A DNA stretch of 62,842 bases, the filler included. It is 5 parts of 5 records of this genome, joined end to end, with 100 filler letters (N's around TTAATTAATTAA, not from the genome) between each part and the next. Parts side by side here need not be neighbours in the genome. Positions count along the whole stretch, not along the records: positions 14,176 to 34,190 come from SRR22947727_6288; positions 34,291 to 40,013 come from SRR22947727_6302; 3 more parts are not named here. One strand, written 5' to 3'. How positions within the stretch are numbered: the stretch's first letter is position 1; every line of letters starts with the position of its first letter. Position numbers and translations under genes: made by a program. Below are positions 29,506 through 37,812 of the stretch, piece by piece. A model generated the notes under the pieces. The model saw only the letters and a program-made list of their open reading frames with translations, was not told the origin of the DNA and did no database searches.

Positions 29506-30292
29506 TAGAACTATCTGGTTGACTTGGTTTCAGGGATGGGACAAAGCACCAGAGATTGCCGAGCATTGCCTAGAGTCCTGGAGATACCACAATCCTGAAT
29601 GGGATGTTGTTCTTCTGGATGATACAAACTACAAGGACCACTGTGATATTGACTTGGTCCTACCTGGTCTCAACACCAATAACATCTCACTAGGTGATAT
29701 CCTTCGACTCTTCCTACTCAAAGAGCACGGTGGAGTATGGGCAGACGCTACACTCTTCTGTAATAAACCACTAGACAATTGGATCTTTGATATCAATGAT
29801 TCATTTGTATTCACACGCTCAGACAAGATGATTGCCTCTTGGTTTGTTGCTGCCCTCAAGGACTCCAGAGTCGTGGACATCTGGTATAATGAGATGGTCA
29901 AGTTCTGGACCTATCGTATCGATGAGACTGACCAGTTTGAGCAACAGTATGGATGGATTCATGGTCTATTCCGTCACTGCTATTCTGCAAACCCTGAGTT
30001 TAGAAAGATTGTAGACAGTTGGGACAAGATTGATTGCACCTCTGACGGTAATAACCGAGGCAATGGTCCACACCTCTTTGCTCCATACCGTGAGTATTTC
30101 TACAGACCAATTTCAGACGAGATTTCAAGGCGTATAGATAGTAAGGTGGACCCAGTCTATAAACTATCATACAAGGCAGGGACTGACTGGAGAGCACCAG
30201 AAGCACGGGGTATTCATCCAACTGATACTAAAATCATGATGGATTATCCAACCAATAGTGAACTACATTATCTTCTTAATACATTAAAATGA
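29492..30292 (+). CDS. Capsular polysaccharide synthesis protein / GT32-like
   Basis: IWLTWFQGWD.AP, CLESW..HNP, DILRLFLL..HGGVWADAT (DxT), YKLSYK. Confidence 0.82.
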   Translation: MVGFNRTIWLTWFQGWDKAPEIAEHCLESWRYHNPEWDVVLLDDTNYKDHCDIDLVLPGLNTNNISLGDILRLFLLKEHGGVWADATLFCNKPLDNWIFDINDSFVFTRSDKMIASWFVAALKDSRVVDIWYNEMVKFWTYRIDETDQFEQQYGWIHGLFRHCYSANPEFRKIVDSWDKIDCTSDGNNRGNGPHLFAPYREYFYRPISDEISRRIDSKVDPVYKLSYKAGTDWRAPEARGIHPTDTKIMMDYPTNSELHYLLNTLK

Positions 30293-31194
30293 CGAATAAA
30301 TCATTGGTTACCGGTGGAGCAGGATTCATCGGGTCACATATCGTAGACCGACTTCTAGAGTTGGGTCATGAAGTTGTTGTTATCGACAACGAATCATCCG
30401 ATGGTCATGATGACTACCATTGGAATAAGCATGGAAAGGTCGAGAATCACAAGCAAGACATCCGTGACTATGATGCTATCAAGCATCTATTTACTGGTGT
30501 TGATAATGTCTTCCACCTTGCCGCTAAGGCATCCGTCCAGGCGTCTGTGGACAACCCTCTGCCGACCATCGCTACACAGGTGATGGGCACTGCTAATGTC
30601 CTAGAGGCAGCACGTCAGGCAGGTGTCACGAAGTTTGTATACTCCTCTACCAGTGCTTGCTACGGCAACAGCAATCCTATTCCCAACGTAGAGACTATGA
30701 GGGAAGACCCCCTCAATGCCTACGCTATTGGTAAACTATCTGGTGAGCAACTGGTCCGTGCCTACTATCATCTCTACGGTATGAAGACGGTAGCATTCCG
30801 TTATACCAATGTGTATGGTGAGAGAGCACGTCACGTCGGCACCTATGCTCCTGCTGTGAGTAAGTTTATCAAGATGATGAAAGAGGGTGACCCTATCACC
30901 ATCTATGGTGACGGTAAGCAGCGTCGTGACTTTATCCATGTATCTGATGTAGTCTCTGCTAACTGCTGTATCACCTACGAAGAGTTGGACCAGTGGGGCG
31001 AGACCTATAATATTGGTTACGGTAAGAACTGGAGCATCCAAGAGATTGCTGATGCTATCTGGGAAGAGCAGATTCATCTTTCCGGTAGACCTGGTGAGAT
31101 GAGAGAGACACTTGCTGATATCCGTAAGGCAAAGGCAGAGTTGACTTGGAAACCAAAAGTTGATATTATGGACTGGATTAGGACACAACTCTGA
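30289..31194 (+). CDS. NAD-dependent nucleotide-sugar epimerase/dehydratase
   Basis: VTGGAGFIGSH, HLAA, SSTSACYG, YAIGK (YxxxK), GDGKQRRDFIHV. Confidence 0.9.
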   Translation: MTNKSLVTGGAGFIGSHIVDRLLELGHEVVVIDNESSDGHDDYHWNKHGKVENHKQDIRDYDAIKHLFTGVDNVFHLAAKASVQASVDNPLPTIATQVMGTANVLEAARQAGVTKFVYSSTSACYGNSNPIPNVETMREDPLNAYAIGKLSGEQLVRAYYHLYGMKTVAFRYTNVYGERARHVGTYAPAVSKFIKMMKEGDPITIYGDGKQRRDFIHVSDVVSANCCITYEELDQWGETYNIGYGKNWSIQEIADAIWEEQIHLSGRPGEMRETLADIRKAKAELTWKPKVDIMDWIRTQL

Positions 31195-31850
31195 TGCCTC
31201 AACCACAAACTGATTCCTCTGAGTATTTCCGTAAGGGAACTCAGAAAGATAATGAAGTGGGAGTATTTGTATTCGGTGGTTGTGCTTTAAAGGCAGGGGG
31301 AATCCTGCCTTTTGAGTTCTTAGGAACTATGGAGAAGCACTATCCACACGCTGATGTATACTTCTATGTTGATAAAAGTCGTATCTGGTACCACCATGGT
31401 ATTGACGGTATCTCTCTGAATGTTGAGGGAACTGGTGAGTATCTTGCTGAGAAAGTTAGACAGTATAAAAAGACTGTCTTCCTAGGTGGTTCTGCTGGCG
31501 GTTATGCTGCTATGCTATTCGCTGGTCTTGCTCGTGCTGATCATTGTATTGCCTTCAATCCTCAGACAGACCTAGACGATTGTGAGTCTAGTCCAGAGGT
31601 TGCTGCTAAGTATGACTTCACTCAAGTTGATAGGAAGTATATGGATGTGACCAAATGGTTGAGAGGCAATACACAATACTTTGTCTTCTCTAGAGAAACT
31701 GGTGATGAGGATTGGATTCATCGTAGACATCAGACCCGTCGTCTCATTCCAATGAATAAGCATAATATTCATCTTCAGAGTATCAATGCTGGTCTGAAGC
31801 AATTGAGAGACAACGGAAGACTTATGAAAATTTTAGACCGATTTATCTAA
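31194..31850 (+). CDS. Alpha/beta-hydrolase-fold protein
   Basis: WYHHGI, nucleophile elbow GGSAGGYAA, AFNPQT. Confidence 0.7.
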   Translation: MPQPQTDSSEYFRKGTQKDNEVGVFVFGGCALKAGGILPFEFLGTMEKHYPHADVYFYVDKSRIWYHHGIDGISLNVEGTGEYLAEKVRQYKKTVFLGGSAGGYAAMLFAGLARADHCIAFNPQTDLDDCESSPEVAAKYDFTQVDRKYMDVTKWLRGNTQYFVFSRETGDEDWIHRRHQTRRLIPMNKHNIHLQSINAGLKQLRDNGRLMKILDRFI

Positions 31851-32464
31851 TGCCTGTTTATACGAAAGACGACCAGAAGATTCTGTTTATTCATGTCCCC
31901 AAGACAGCGGGATCTTCTGTGAACAAACTATTCGCTCAGAATGGTTATGATATCTCTTACTACTCTGAGGGAAGCACCAGTAGATTTAGAGGGCACTGTG
32001 GTCCTCAACACATCGATAGAGAATTGATTCTAGGTGAGTTTGACCTAGACACCTTCGACTATATCTTCTCTATCTACAGAGACCCGGCAGACAGGTTACT
32101 CTCTGAGTTTACCTGGGCACCTTGGGGTCTAGTAGGCAGAGACGAGTATACACCTGAGGCATTTGAAACTTGGTGTCCTCTTATCTTTGATGCTTGGAAA
32201 AAGCAGAAGTATCGTTTCGATAATCATATTCGTCCTCAATGTGATTTTTATATTGACGACACTGATGTGTATGACTTTGATGAAATTCATACACTACCAG
32301 AGAAACTCCGTGATAAAATAGGACTAGATAATATAGACTTGCCGTATGAGAGGTCCTCCCGAAGAGATGACCGTGAATACATCATCTATGAAAACACATT
32401 TGAATTGATTAAAGAATTTTACAAAGGAGACTATCAATGGCTAGAGGAATCTCACCTACAGTGA
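31850..32464 (+). CDS. Sulfotransferase (Sulfotransfer_2-like)
   Basis: FIHVPKTAGSS, YRDPADRLLSEF, NHIRPQ, FYKGDY. Confidence 0.85.
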   Translation: MPVYTKDDQKILFIHVPKTAGSSVNKLFAQNGYDISYYSEGSTSRFRGHCGPQHIDRELILGEFDLDTFDYIFSIYRDPADRLLSEFTWAPWGLVGRDEYTPEAFETWCPLIFDAWKKQKYRFDNHIRPQCDFYIDDTDVYDFDEIHTLPEKLRDKIGLDNIDLPYERSSRRDDREYIIYENTFELIKEFYKGDYQWLEESHLQ

Positions 32465-33303
32465 AGGATAAGAATAAGTCCAAGTATAAACTAGAGGGTC
32501 TCCCCCGTGTTTACTACATCAACCTTGATGAGCATACAGGTCGTCGAGAGTATATGGAAGAGACCTTTGATGAGTGGGGCATCACCAACTATGAGCGTAT
32601 CTCTGCTCACGATGGTCGTGGTGACAATGACCTCTCAGAGGTTCTCAAAGGCACCTATCCTAAGTTAATGACCTCTGGTGAGGTAGGTTGCACTGTGTCT
32701 CACCTGAAGGCAATGAAGCACTGGTTAGACACCACTGATGAGTCAGAAGATATGCTCCTCGTTATGGAGGATGACTGTGACATCACAACAGCAGCACACT
32801 GGGGATTCACCTGGAAGGAGTTTATTAGTAACGCTCCATACCATTTTGATTGTATTCAGTTAGCAATCATTAACCCGGCAGAGTTACATGTTAAAATGCA
32901 CATAAGATTCGTCAACGATTTCTCCACGGCGTGCTATACTATTAGAAGACATCACGCAGAGAAGTTAGTTAAACTCCACTGCCGTGGTGACAAATACAAA
33001 CTAGACCAGAATATCAAACCACGAGCGGTTGCTGACGATCTGATATATAATTCAGGTCTCACATTCGCTATTCCATTGTTTAACTACAAGTTGGCATTTG
33101 GATCTAGTATACATAACAACCACATTGATACCTTCCACAAATCAAGTCACGAAGGTATGTGGGAATTCTGGAAGAGAACAGCACCGGAAATTGAGGACTG
33201 GTCAAAGTTTTTTGACTACGACCCATACTTCGGCACTCTTCCACCCGGTCTCGCTGCCAAAGCACAAGCACAGGCAGATGCTAAAAAAAGAAAGTCCTCT
33301 TGA
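32437..33303 (+). CDS. GT25 glycosyltransferase
   Basis: YYINLD...RR, RISAHDG, GEVGCTVSH, VMEDD, STACY. Confidence 0.85.
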   Translation: MARGISPTVKDKNKSKYKLEGLPRVYYINLDEHTGRREYMEETFDEWGITNYERISAHDGRGDNDLSEVLKGTYPKLMTSGEVGCTVSHLKAMKHWLDTTDESEDMLLVMEDDCDITTAAHWGFTWKEFISNAPYHFDCIQLAIINPAELHVKMHIRFVNDFSTACYTIRRHHAEKLVKLHCRGDKYKLDQNIKPRAVADDLIYNSGLTFAIPLFNYKLAFGSSIHNNHIDTFHKSSHEGMWEFWKRTAPEIEDWSKFFDYDPYFGTLPPGLAAKAQAQADAKKRKSS

Positions 33304-33328
33304 CAATTCTTAACATTTCCTATATAAT
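33300..33328 (+). promoter_or_regulatory. Consensus sigma70 promoter for hli
   Basis: TTGACA-N17-TATAAT, perfect match. Confidence 0.85.
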
Positions 33329-33355
33329 TAGTAAGAAATCAATTTGGAGGAAAAT

Positions 33356-33574
33356 TTGACCGTAACAACTGAAGACGGCAACCGACAGAATCTATTTGCT
33401 CGGGAACCACAAATGTACATTGACCCAATCACAGAACAACAACTCAAGGAGGAATCTTTCGTGGACCACAATACAAACGCAGAACTACTCAATGGTCGCC
33501 TTGCTATGCTTGGTATCATTGCTGCCCTCGGTGCCTATGCAGTAACCGGTCAAATCATCCCCGGCGTATTCTAA
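33356..33574 (+). CDS. hli: High-light-inducible protein with N-terminal extension
   Basis: AELLNGRLAMLG chlorophyll-binding motif, TGQIIPGVF; TTG start after GGAGG. Confidence 0.93.
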   Translation: MTVTTEDGNRQNLFAREPQMYIDPITEQQLKEESFVDHNTNAELLNGRLAMLGIIAALGAYAVTGQIIPGVF

Positions 33575-33576
33575 GT

Positions 33577-33717
33577 ATGTCCAACCCCAATCAACTCTGG
33601 GAAGACATCGATAGACTCAATACTCTCTACGAAGAGTTGTGCTGGGACCCTGATGATGTCTTAGAATTTACCCACGATGGTAATAGAGTCATCATCACCA
33701 ACAAAACAACTGAATAA
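33577..33717 (+). CDS. Small cyanophage hypothetical protein (46 aa)
   Basis: Below the ORF-track cutoff: MSNPNQLWEDIDRLNTLYEELCWDPDDVLEFTHDGNRVIITNKTTE. Confidence 0.7.
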   Translation: MSNPNQLWEDIDRLNTLYEELCWDPDDVLEFTHDGNRVIITNKTTE

Positions 33718-33724
33718 AATCAAG

Positions 33725-33745
33725 AGGAGCAACGCTCCTTTTTTT
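33725..33745 (+). terminator. Rho-independent terminator
   Basis: AGGAGC-AAC-GCTCCT plus T tract. Confidence 0.8.
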
Positions 33746-33787
33746 ATGAGTAAAAATACTCTTGCGTTGGTTTCCTAACAATGTTAT

Positions 33788-33795
33788 TATAAATA
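33788..33795 (+). promoter_or_regulatory. T4 late promoter upstream of psbA
   Basis: TATAAATA, exact T4 late consensus. Confidence 0.7.
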
Positions 33796-33833
33796 GGTAA
33801 ACAAATGTAAATCACTTTTGAGATTTACTCACT

Positions 33834-33940
33834 CCCTGCCGCTTGACCGAGACTAGGCAGGGTTACCAATCCGTCTCTAATATCTCCGACAAAGGGTATC
33901 GGAGAAATAGTAAAACCACCATTCCCTGATGGTCTTACAT
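33834..33940 (+). ncRNA. PhotoRC-II-like structured 5' UTR of psbA
   Basis: Stem CCCTGCC/GGCAGGG; loop GAGAC can pair with GTCTC at 33873-33877 (pseudoknot); stems TCTCCGA/TCGGAGA and ACCATT/GATGGT; position upstream of phage psbA. Confidence 0.75.
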
Positions 33941-33956
33941 TCTGTATTATTTTACA

Positions 33957-34190
33957 ATGGCCTCAACAACTCTACAACAACAATCATCCTCTTCATGGAA
34001 TCGCTTCTGTGACTGGGTGACCTCTACCGATAACCGTCTCTATGTGGGTTGGTTCGGCGTGTTGATGATTCCAACGTTGCTAGCAGCAACCATCTGTTTC
34101 ATCATCGCCTTCGTTGGTGCTCCCCCTGTGGACATCGACGGCATCCGCGAACCAGTTGCTGGTTCACTCATGTATGGCAACAACATCATC
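33957..34190 (+). CDS. psbA: Photosystem II D1 protein, 3'-truncated
   Basis: [26 protein letters not shown]...[24 protein letters not shown]. Confidence 0.98.
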
Positions 34191-34290
34191 NNNNNNNNNN
34201 NNNNNNNNNNNNNNNNNNNNNNNNNNNNNNNNNNTTAATTAATTAANNNNNNNNNNNNNNNNNNNNNNNNNNNNNNNNNNNNNNNNNNNN
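34191..34290. other. Artificial contig-joining spacer
   Basis: N-run/TTAATTAATTAA/N-run. Confidence 0.98.
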
Positions 34291-34291
34291 T

Positions 34292-34354
34292 GGAGAGAAG
34301 GCTAAAATGTATCATTGGTGTGCCAATATGAAGAGTGGTCGTAAAAAAGGTTAA
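34292..34354 (+). CDS. C-terminal fragment of a phage protein
   Basis: GEKAKMYHWCANMKSGRKKG*; stop overlaps TAAATA. Confidence 0.55.
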   Translation, partial: GEKAKMYHWCANMKSGRKKG

Positions 34355-34384
34355 ATACATACAAATAAACAAAAAAGGAATAAA

Positions 34385-34627
34385 ATGGCTGAATTTTTAA
34401 ATAAATTAATCAATGCACGTGATACAAGAGAAGGTTGGTGTAAAGAAACTGCTTCTTCACTATTATCATTAAAAAGCAGATTTGAATCTGACAGTATTAC
34501 ACAAGAAAAATATGTAGAAGGTTTAGATGCATTAAAATCTGGCGACTCTGAAGTTGGAGCAGGTGGTAGTTATGAAGAAAGAGCAATCATCGATAATGCT
34601 ATTGCACATCTAAAAAACTTATTATAG
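34385..34627 (+). CDS. Phage hypothetical protein
   Basis: AAGGA RBS, 80-aa ORF. Confidence 0.7.
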   Translation: MAEFLNKLINARDTREGWCKETASSLLSLKSRFESDSITQEKYVEGLDALKSGDSEVGAGGSYEERAIIDNAIAHLKNLL

Positions 34628-34631
34628 TATC

Positions 34632-34814
34632 ATGCGTTACAAGGATTTCAAAATGGTAGAAGCCCGTGTGGACTATCATTATGGGTTGGATCCTGAAATG
34701 CTGGTATACACGCACAAGGTGGGCGACATATACGGTAAAAAGAACCTTAAAGTGCCACATGCCAAATATTCAACATCTAAACGTGTAAAGAATTTACACA
34801 AACACGGTAAATAA
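34632..34814 (+). CDS. Small basic phage protein with capsid-targeting-like N-terminus
   Basis: MRYKDFKMVE|A. Confidence 0.6.
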   Translation: MRYKDFKMVEARVDYHYGLDPEMLVYTHKVGDIYGKKNLKVPHAKYSTSKRVKNLHKHGK

Positions 34815-34818
34815 CATT

Positions 34819-35049
34819 ATGCGTATCAGAGACATTATATCAGAAGTAGCATCTGCAGGAGCCACATCGGCTGGCAGTGTTGCATCAGTGGCTAATCCAC
34901 ACATAGCGATAGGCAACAAAAAAGCACGTGATGCCTATGGCAAAAAAGGTGCTTCATCAATGCCACCTAAAGCAAAAATGCAGAAACCAACTGACAATGC
35001 TCTAGATATGACAGGTACCTCACTTTTTGGTGCTCCAATAAAAAGATAA
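34819..35049 (+). CDS. Small phage protein with capsid-targeting-like N-terminus
   Basis: MRIRDIISE|VASAGATSAGSVASV; TAAATA 5 nt before the ATG, no SD. Confidence 0.7.
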   Translation: MRIRDIISEVASAGATSAGSVASVANPHIAIGNKKARDAYGKKGASSMPPKAKMQKPTDNALDMTGTSLFGAPIKR

Positions 35050-35057
35050 ATATTACT

Positions 35058-35747
35058 ATGAAACATTCAGATTTAACAAAAAAAGACGTTGCTAAAGAAG
35101 GCAAAATGCCACAAGCGGCTATTGATGCATTAGCAAAGAAGAACGGTAAAAGTCCTAAAAAAGATTCTAAAAAAGATGTACAAACAGAAGACCTAGCACT
35201 GATGGCTCAAAAAGTAGAGCAAGATCATGAAGTGCAAATGGCAAGATCAGATTTGTACAAAGCGGCAAAATATTCAATCAAACTGCATGACATGTTGAAA
35301 AACGTATCTGAACAACAAGGCTTAGAAGGTTGGGTACAAGCAAAAATCACCAAAGCGGCAGATTATCTAAGTTCTGTAAAACATTACATGGAATTTGAAA
35401 TGATGTCTGGAACAGATTCTGCAATGGCTGAACCAATGGACACAAATGAAGCAAAAGGTATATGCGAACATTGTGGTTGTAATATTGAAAGTCCAAAGCC
35501 AGCATGTAAATGTTCACATGATGCACACAACTATAAAGAATCACTAGCAAATAAACTTAAATCTAAATTAAAAGAATCCGCAAAAACTTGTAAAGAGTGT
35601 AATAAACCAACATGGGAAACACTGGGCGAAGCAGAAAAGCAAAAAGGTGTAGATGGCAAAGTATGTTGGAAAGGTTACAAGCGAATGGGCACCAAGAAAA
35701 AAGGTGGCAAAACAGTAGACAACTGCGTTCCAATCAAAAAAAAATAA
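35058..35747 (+). CDS. Multi-motif phage protein (WVQAK domain, Cys clusters, CWKGY motif), probably virion-internal
   Basis: DHEVQMARSDL...LEGWVQAKITKAADYL; CEHC, CKEC, VCWKGYKRMGTKKKGGKTVDNCVP; TAAATA 5 nt before the ATG. Confidence 0.7.
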   Translation: MKHSDLTKKDVAKEGKMPQAAIDALAKKNGKSPKKDSKKDVQTEDLALMAQKVEQDHEVQMARSDLYKAAKYSIKLHDMLKNVSEQQGLEGWVQAKITKAADYLSSVKHYMEFEMMSGTDSAMAEPMDTNEAKGICEHCGCNIESPKPACKCSHDAHNYKESLANKLKSKLKESAKTCKECNKPTWETLGEAEKQKGVDGKVCWKGYKRMGTKKKGGKTVDNCVPIKKK

Positions 35748-35798
35748 AAATCCAATAAATACACACAGTTATTATTCAAACCATGAGAGGGCTGTGTC

Positions 35799-36452
35799 TT
35801 GAACTTTGTTGCAAATATACCATACATCAAATGTTGGATCAAAAAAGAATACGTACACGACTTTCAACGTGGGCATGGTGAATTCATCGAAGCAGTTCTT
35901 ATAGCAGTCAAATCAGTACAGGGTAGAGCATTAATGTTTGAAGCATATTTGCCAGAGTATGGTGCCTGTTATGACAAGTTTCCAATATCAGCATTTGTGT
36001 GGCACACAGACATCAAAGAAGAAGATCAACTTCCGCTAGGTACACTTGAACTTTGGGATTCATTCAGTTCCAACATACAAGTATGGACCAAAGCCATGCT
36101 GAAAAATTGTGATGTGGAAATTATGTTGAATGGTGGCGGCAGAATGAAAGGCGAATATTTGTTCACAATTGATGCTTGTCACGGAGATCCCAACACAGTC
36201 AACACCGGAGTATCTGAAGTGCCCAGCGAGCACAAACAACATAACTTTGGTAGACTTATCAATGGTCAATACTTTGCACAACCAAACAATAGAATGCTTT
36301 GGTTCGAACAATCATTGACTGCATCAGAACTAAAAAGACCAGACTTCCAAGTTAGTACCAAAGAGTTTTTCTGTGAAAACGAAAGCACAGTAACTTTTGG
36401 TGATTCAAACGATTATTTCTACGAAGAAAAAGACAGCCCAGCCAAAAAATAG
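35799..36452 (+). CDS. Conserved marine phage hypothetical protein
   Basis: ANIP...KKEY...GHGEF, PISAF, LWDSFS, GEYLFTID, SE.PSEHK, AQPNNR. Confidence 0.7.
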   Translation: MNFVANIPYIKCWIKKEYVHDFQRGHGEFIEAVLIAVKSVQGRALMFEAYLPEYGACYDKFPISAFVWHTDIKEEDQLPLGTLELWDSFSSNIQVWTKAMLKNCDVEIMLNGGGRMKGEYLFTIDACHGDPNTVNTGVSEVPSEHKQHNFGRLINGQYFAQPNNRMLWFEQSLTASELKRPDFQVSTKEFFCENESTVTFGDSNDYFYEEKDSPAKK

Positions 36453-36454
36453 AC

Positions 36455-36483
36455 TTGACTTTATCATAAGAATTAAGTACAAT
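36455..36483 (+). promoter_or_regulatory. Sigma70-type promoter for the redox/nucleotide gene block
   Basis: TTGACT-N17-TACAAT. Confidence 0.65.
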
Positions 36484-36518
36484 AAGTATTATTAATTTTT
36501 AAAAAGGTAAAGTATTTT

Positions 36519-37112
36519 ATGATAGAAGGATTCAAAATCCCAAAAGTAACATTCAGAGTGAGAACAGGCGATGCAGTTGAAACAGACGACGGTTGTGCAA
36601 TTGGTGGAGAATGGCATAATGCAACAACTGATTCATATTTCAAAGATAAAAGAGTGGTAATTTTTAGTTTACCAGGAGCATTTACTCCTACGTGTTCAAG
36701 TCAGCAACTACCAGGTTTCGAAAAGGAATACAATAACATTAAAGGTATGGGTGTTAATGAAATATATTGTGTGTCAGTGAATGATTCATTTGTAATGAAT
36801 GCATGGGCAGATAGAATGAATATAAAAAACGTAAAAATGATTCCAGATGGATCTGGAAACTTTACAAGATTTATGGGTATGCTTATTGGTAAAAATCATT
36901 TAGGCTTCGGAAATAGAAGTTGGAGATACATGGCAGTTGTAAATGACGGCGTTGTAGAAAAATGGTGGCAAGAGCCAGGCATAAACAATGAAGGTATAGA
37001 CGATGACCCATACATTGAATCTACGCCAGATAATATGATTGAGTATCTAGCCCAAGAATTTAAAACAGGAAATTATGGAGATTACTCAGGCATAGTCCAT
37101 AGTAACATATAA
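36519..37112 (+). CDS. Peroxiredoxin (Prx5 family)
   Basis: FSLPGAFTPTCS, SVNDSFVMNAW, PDGSG.FT, RSWRY. Confidence 0.93.
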   Translation: MIEGFKIPKVTFRVRTGDAVETDDGCAIGGEWHNATTDSYFKDKRVVIFSLPGAFTPTCSSQQLPGFEKEYNNIKGMGVNEIYCVSVNDSFVMNAWADRMNIKNVKMIPDGSGNFTRFMGMLIGKNHLGFGNRSWRYMAVVNDGVVEKWWQEPGINNEGIDDDPYIESTPDNMIEYLAQEFKTGNYGDYSGIVHSNI

Positions 37113-37124
37113 AAGGAGAAAACA

Positions 37125-37550
37125 ATGGAACTAAAAGAAAGTAAAACAGCACAAAACTTAAAAGATGCATTCTCAGGTGAAAGCCAAGCAAACAGAAGAT
37201 ATCTTTACTTTGCTCAAAAGGCAGATATAGAAGGAGCACCAGATGTTGCTCAAGTGTTTAGAAGCACAGCAGAAGGTGAGACAGGACACGCACACGGACA
37301 TCTAGAATACCTAGAAGAAGTGGGTGATCCAGCAACTGGTGAACCAATGGGTGAAACAGAGGACAATTTAAAATCTGCTATACATGGTGAAACACATGAG
37401 TACACAGATATGTACCCAGGCATGGCAAGAACTGCCAGAGATGAAGGATTCGATGAAATTGCTGATTGGTTTGAAACACTAGCCAAAGCAGAGAAGTCAC
37501 ACGCAGGTAAATTTCAAAGAACACTAGACTCATACAAAGGAGGAGAATAA
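37125..37550 (+). CDS. Rubrerythrin (short form, no rubredoxin domain)
   Basis: AFSGESQANRRY, EGETGHA, GETHEYTDMYP, AEKSHA di-iron ligands. Confidence 0.93.
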   Translation: MELKESKTAQNLKDAFSGESQANRRYLYFAQKADIEGAPDVAQVFRSTAEGETGHAHGHLEYLEEVGDPATGEPMGETEDNLKSAIHGETHEYTDMYPGMARTARDEGFDEIADWFETLAKAEKSHAGKFQRTLDSYKGGE

Positions 37551-37551
37551 T

Positions 37552-37812
37552 ATGTCAGCAAGAACATACGGTCCAGAAGAACAAGCAAAACTTAAAAGAA
37601 TTATTGACGAAGGAGCCAATGTGCTACGCGAAGTTGAAGATTTAAGTGGAGGCTTAAAAGATACTGTGAAAGCAGTGGCAGAAGAATTAGAAGTTAAACC
37701 ATCATTGATTAATAAAGCAATTAAGATTGCTCATAAAGGTGAATGGCACAAATATTCAGACGACTTTGATTCGTTAGAAAACTTGATTATCGCAGTTGGC
37801 AAAGACAAATAA
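37552..37812 (+). CDS. T4 DsbA/GapR-like dsDNA-binding protein
   Basis: Helical KLKRIIDEG...LKDTVKAVAEELEVKPSLINKAIKIAHK pattern. Confidence 0.55.
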   Translation: MSARTYGPEEQAKLKRIIDEGANVLREVEDLSGGLKDTVKAVAEELEVKPSLINKAIKIAHKGEWHKYSDDFDSLENLIIAVGKDK

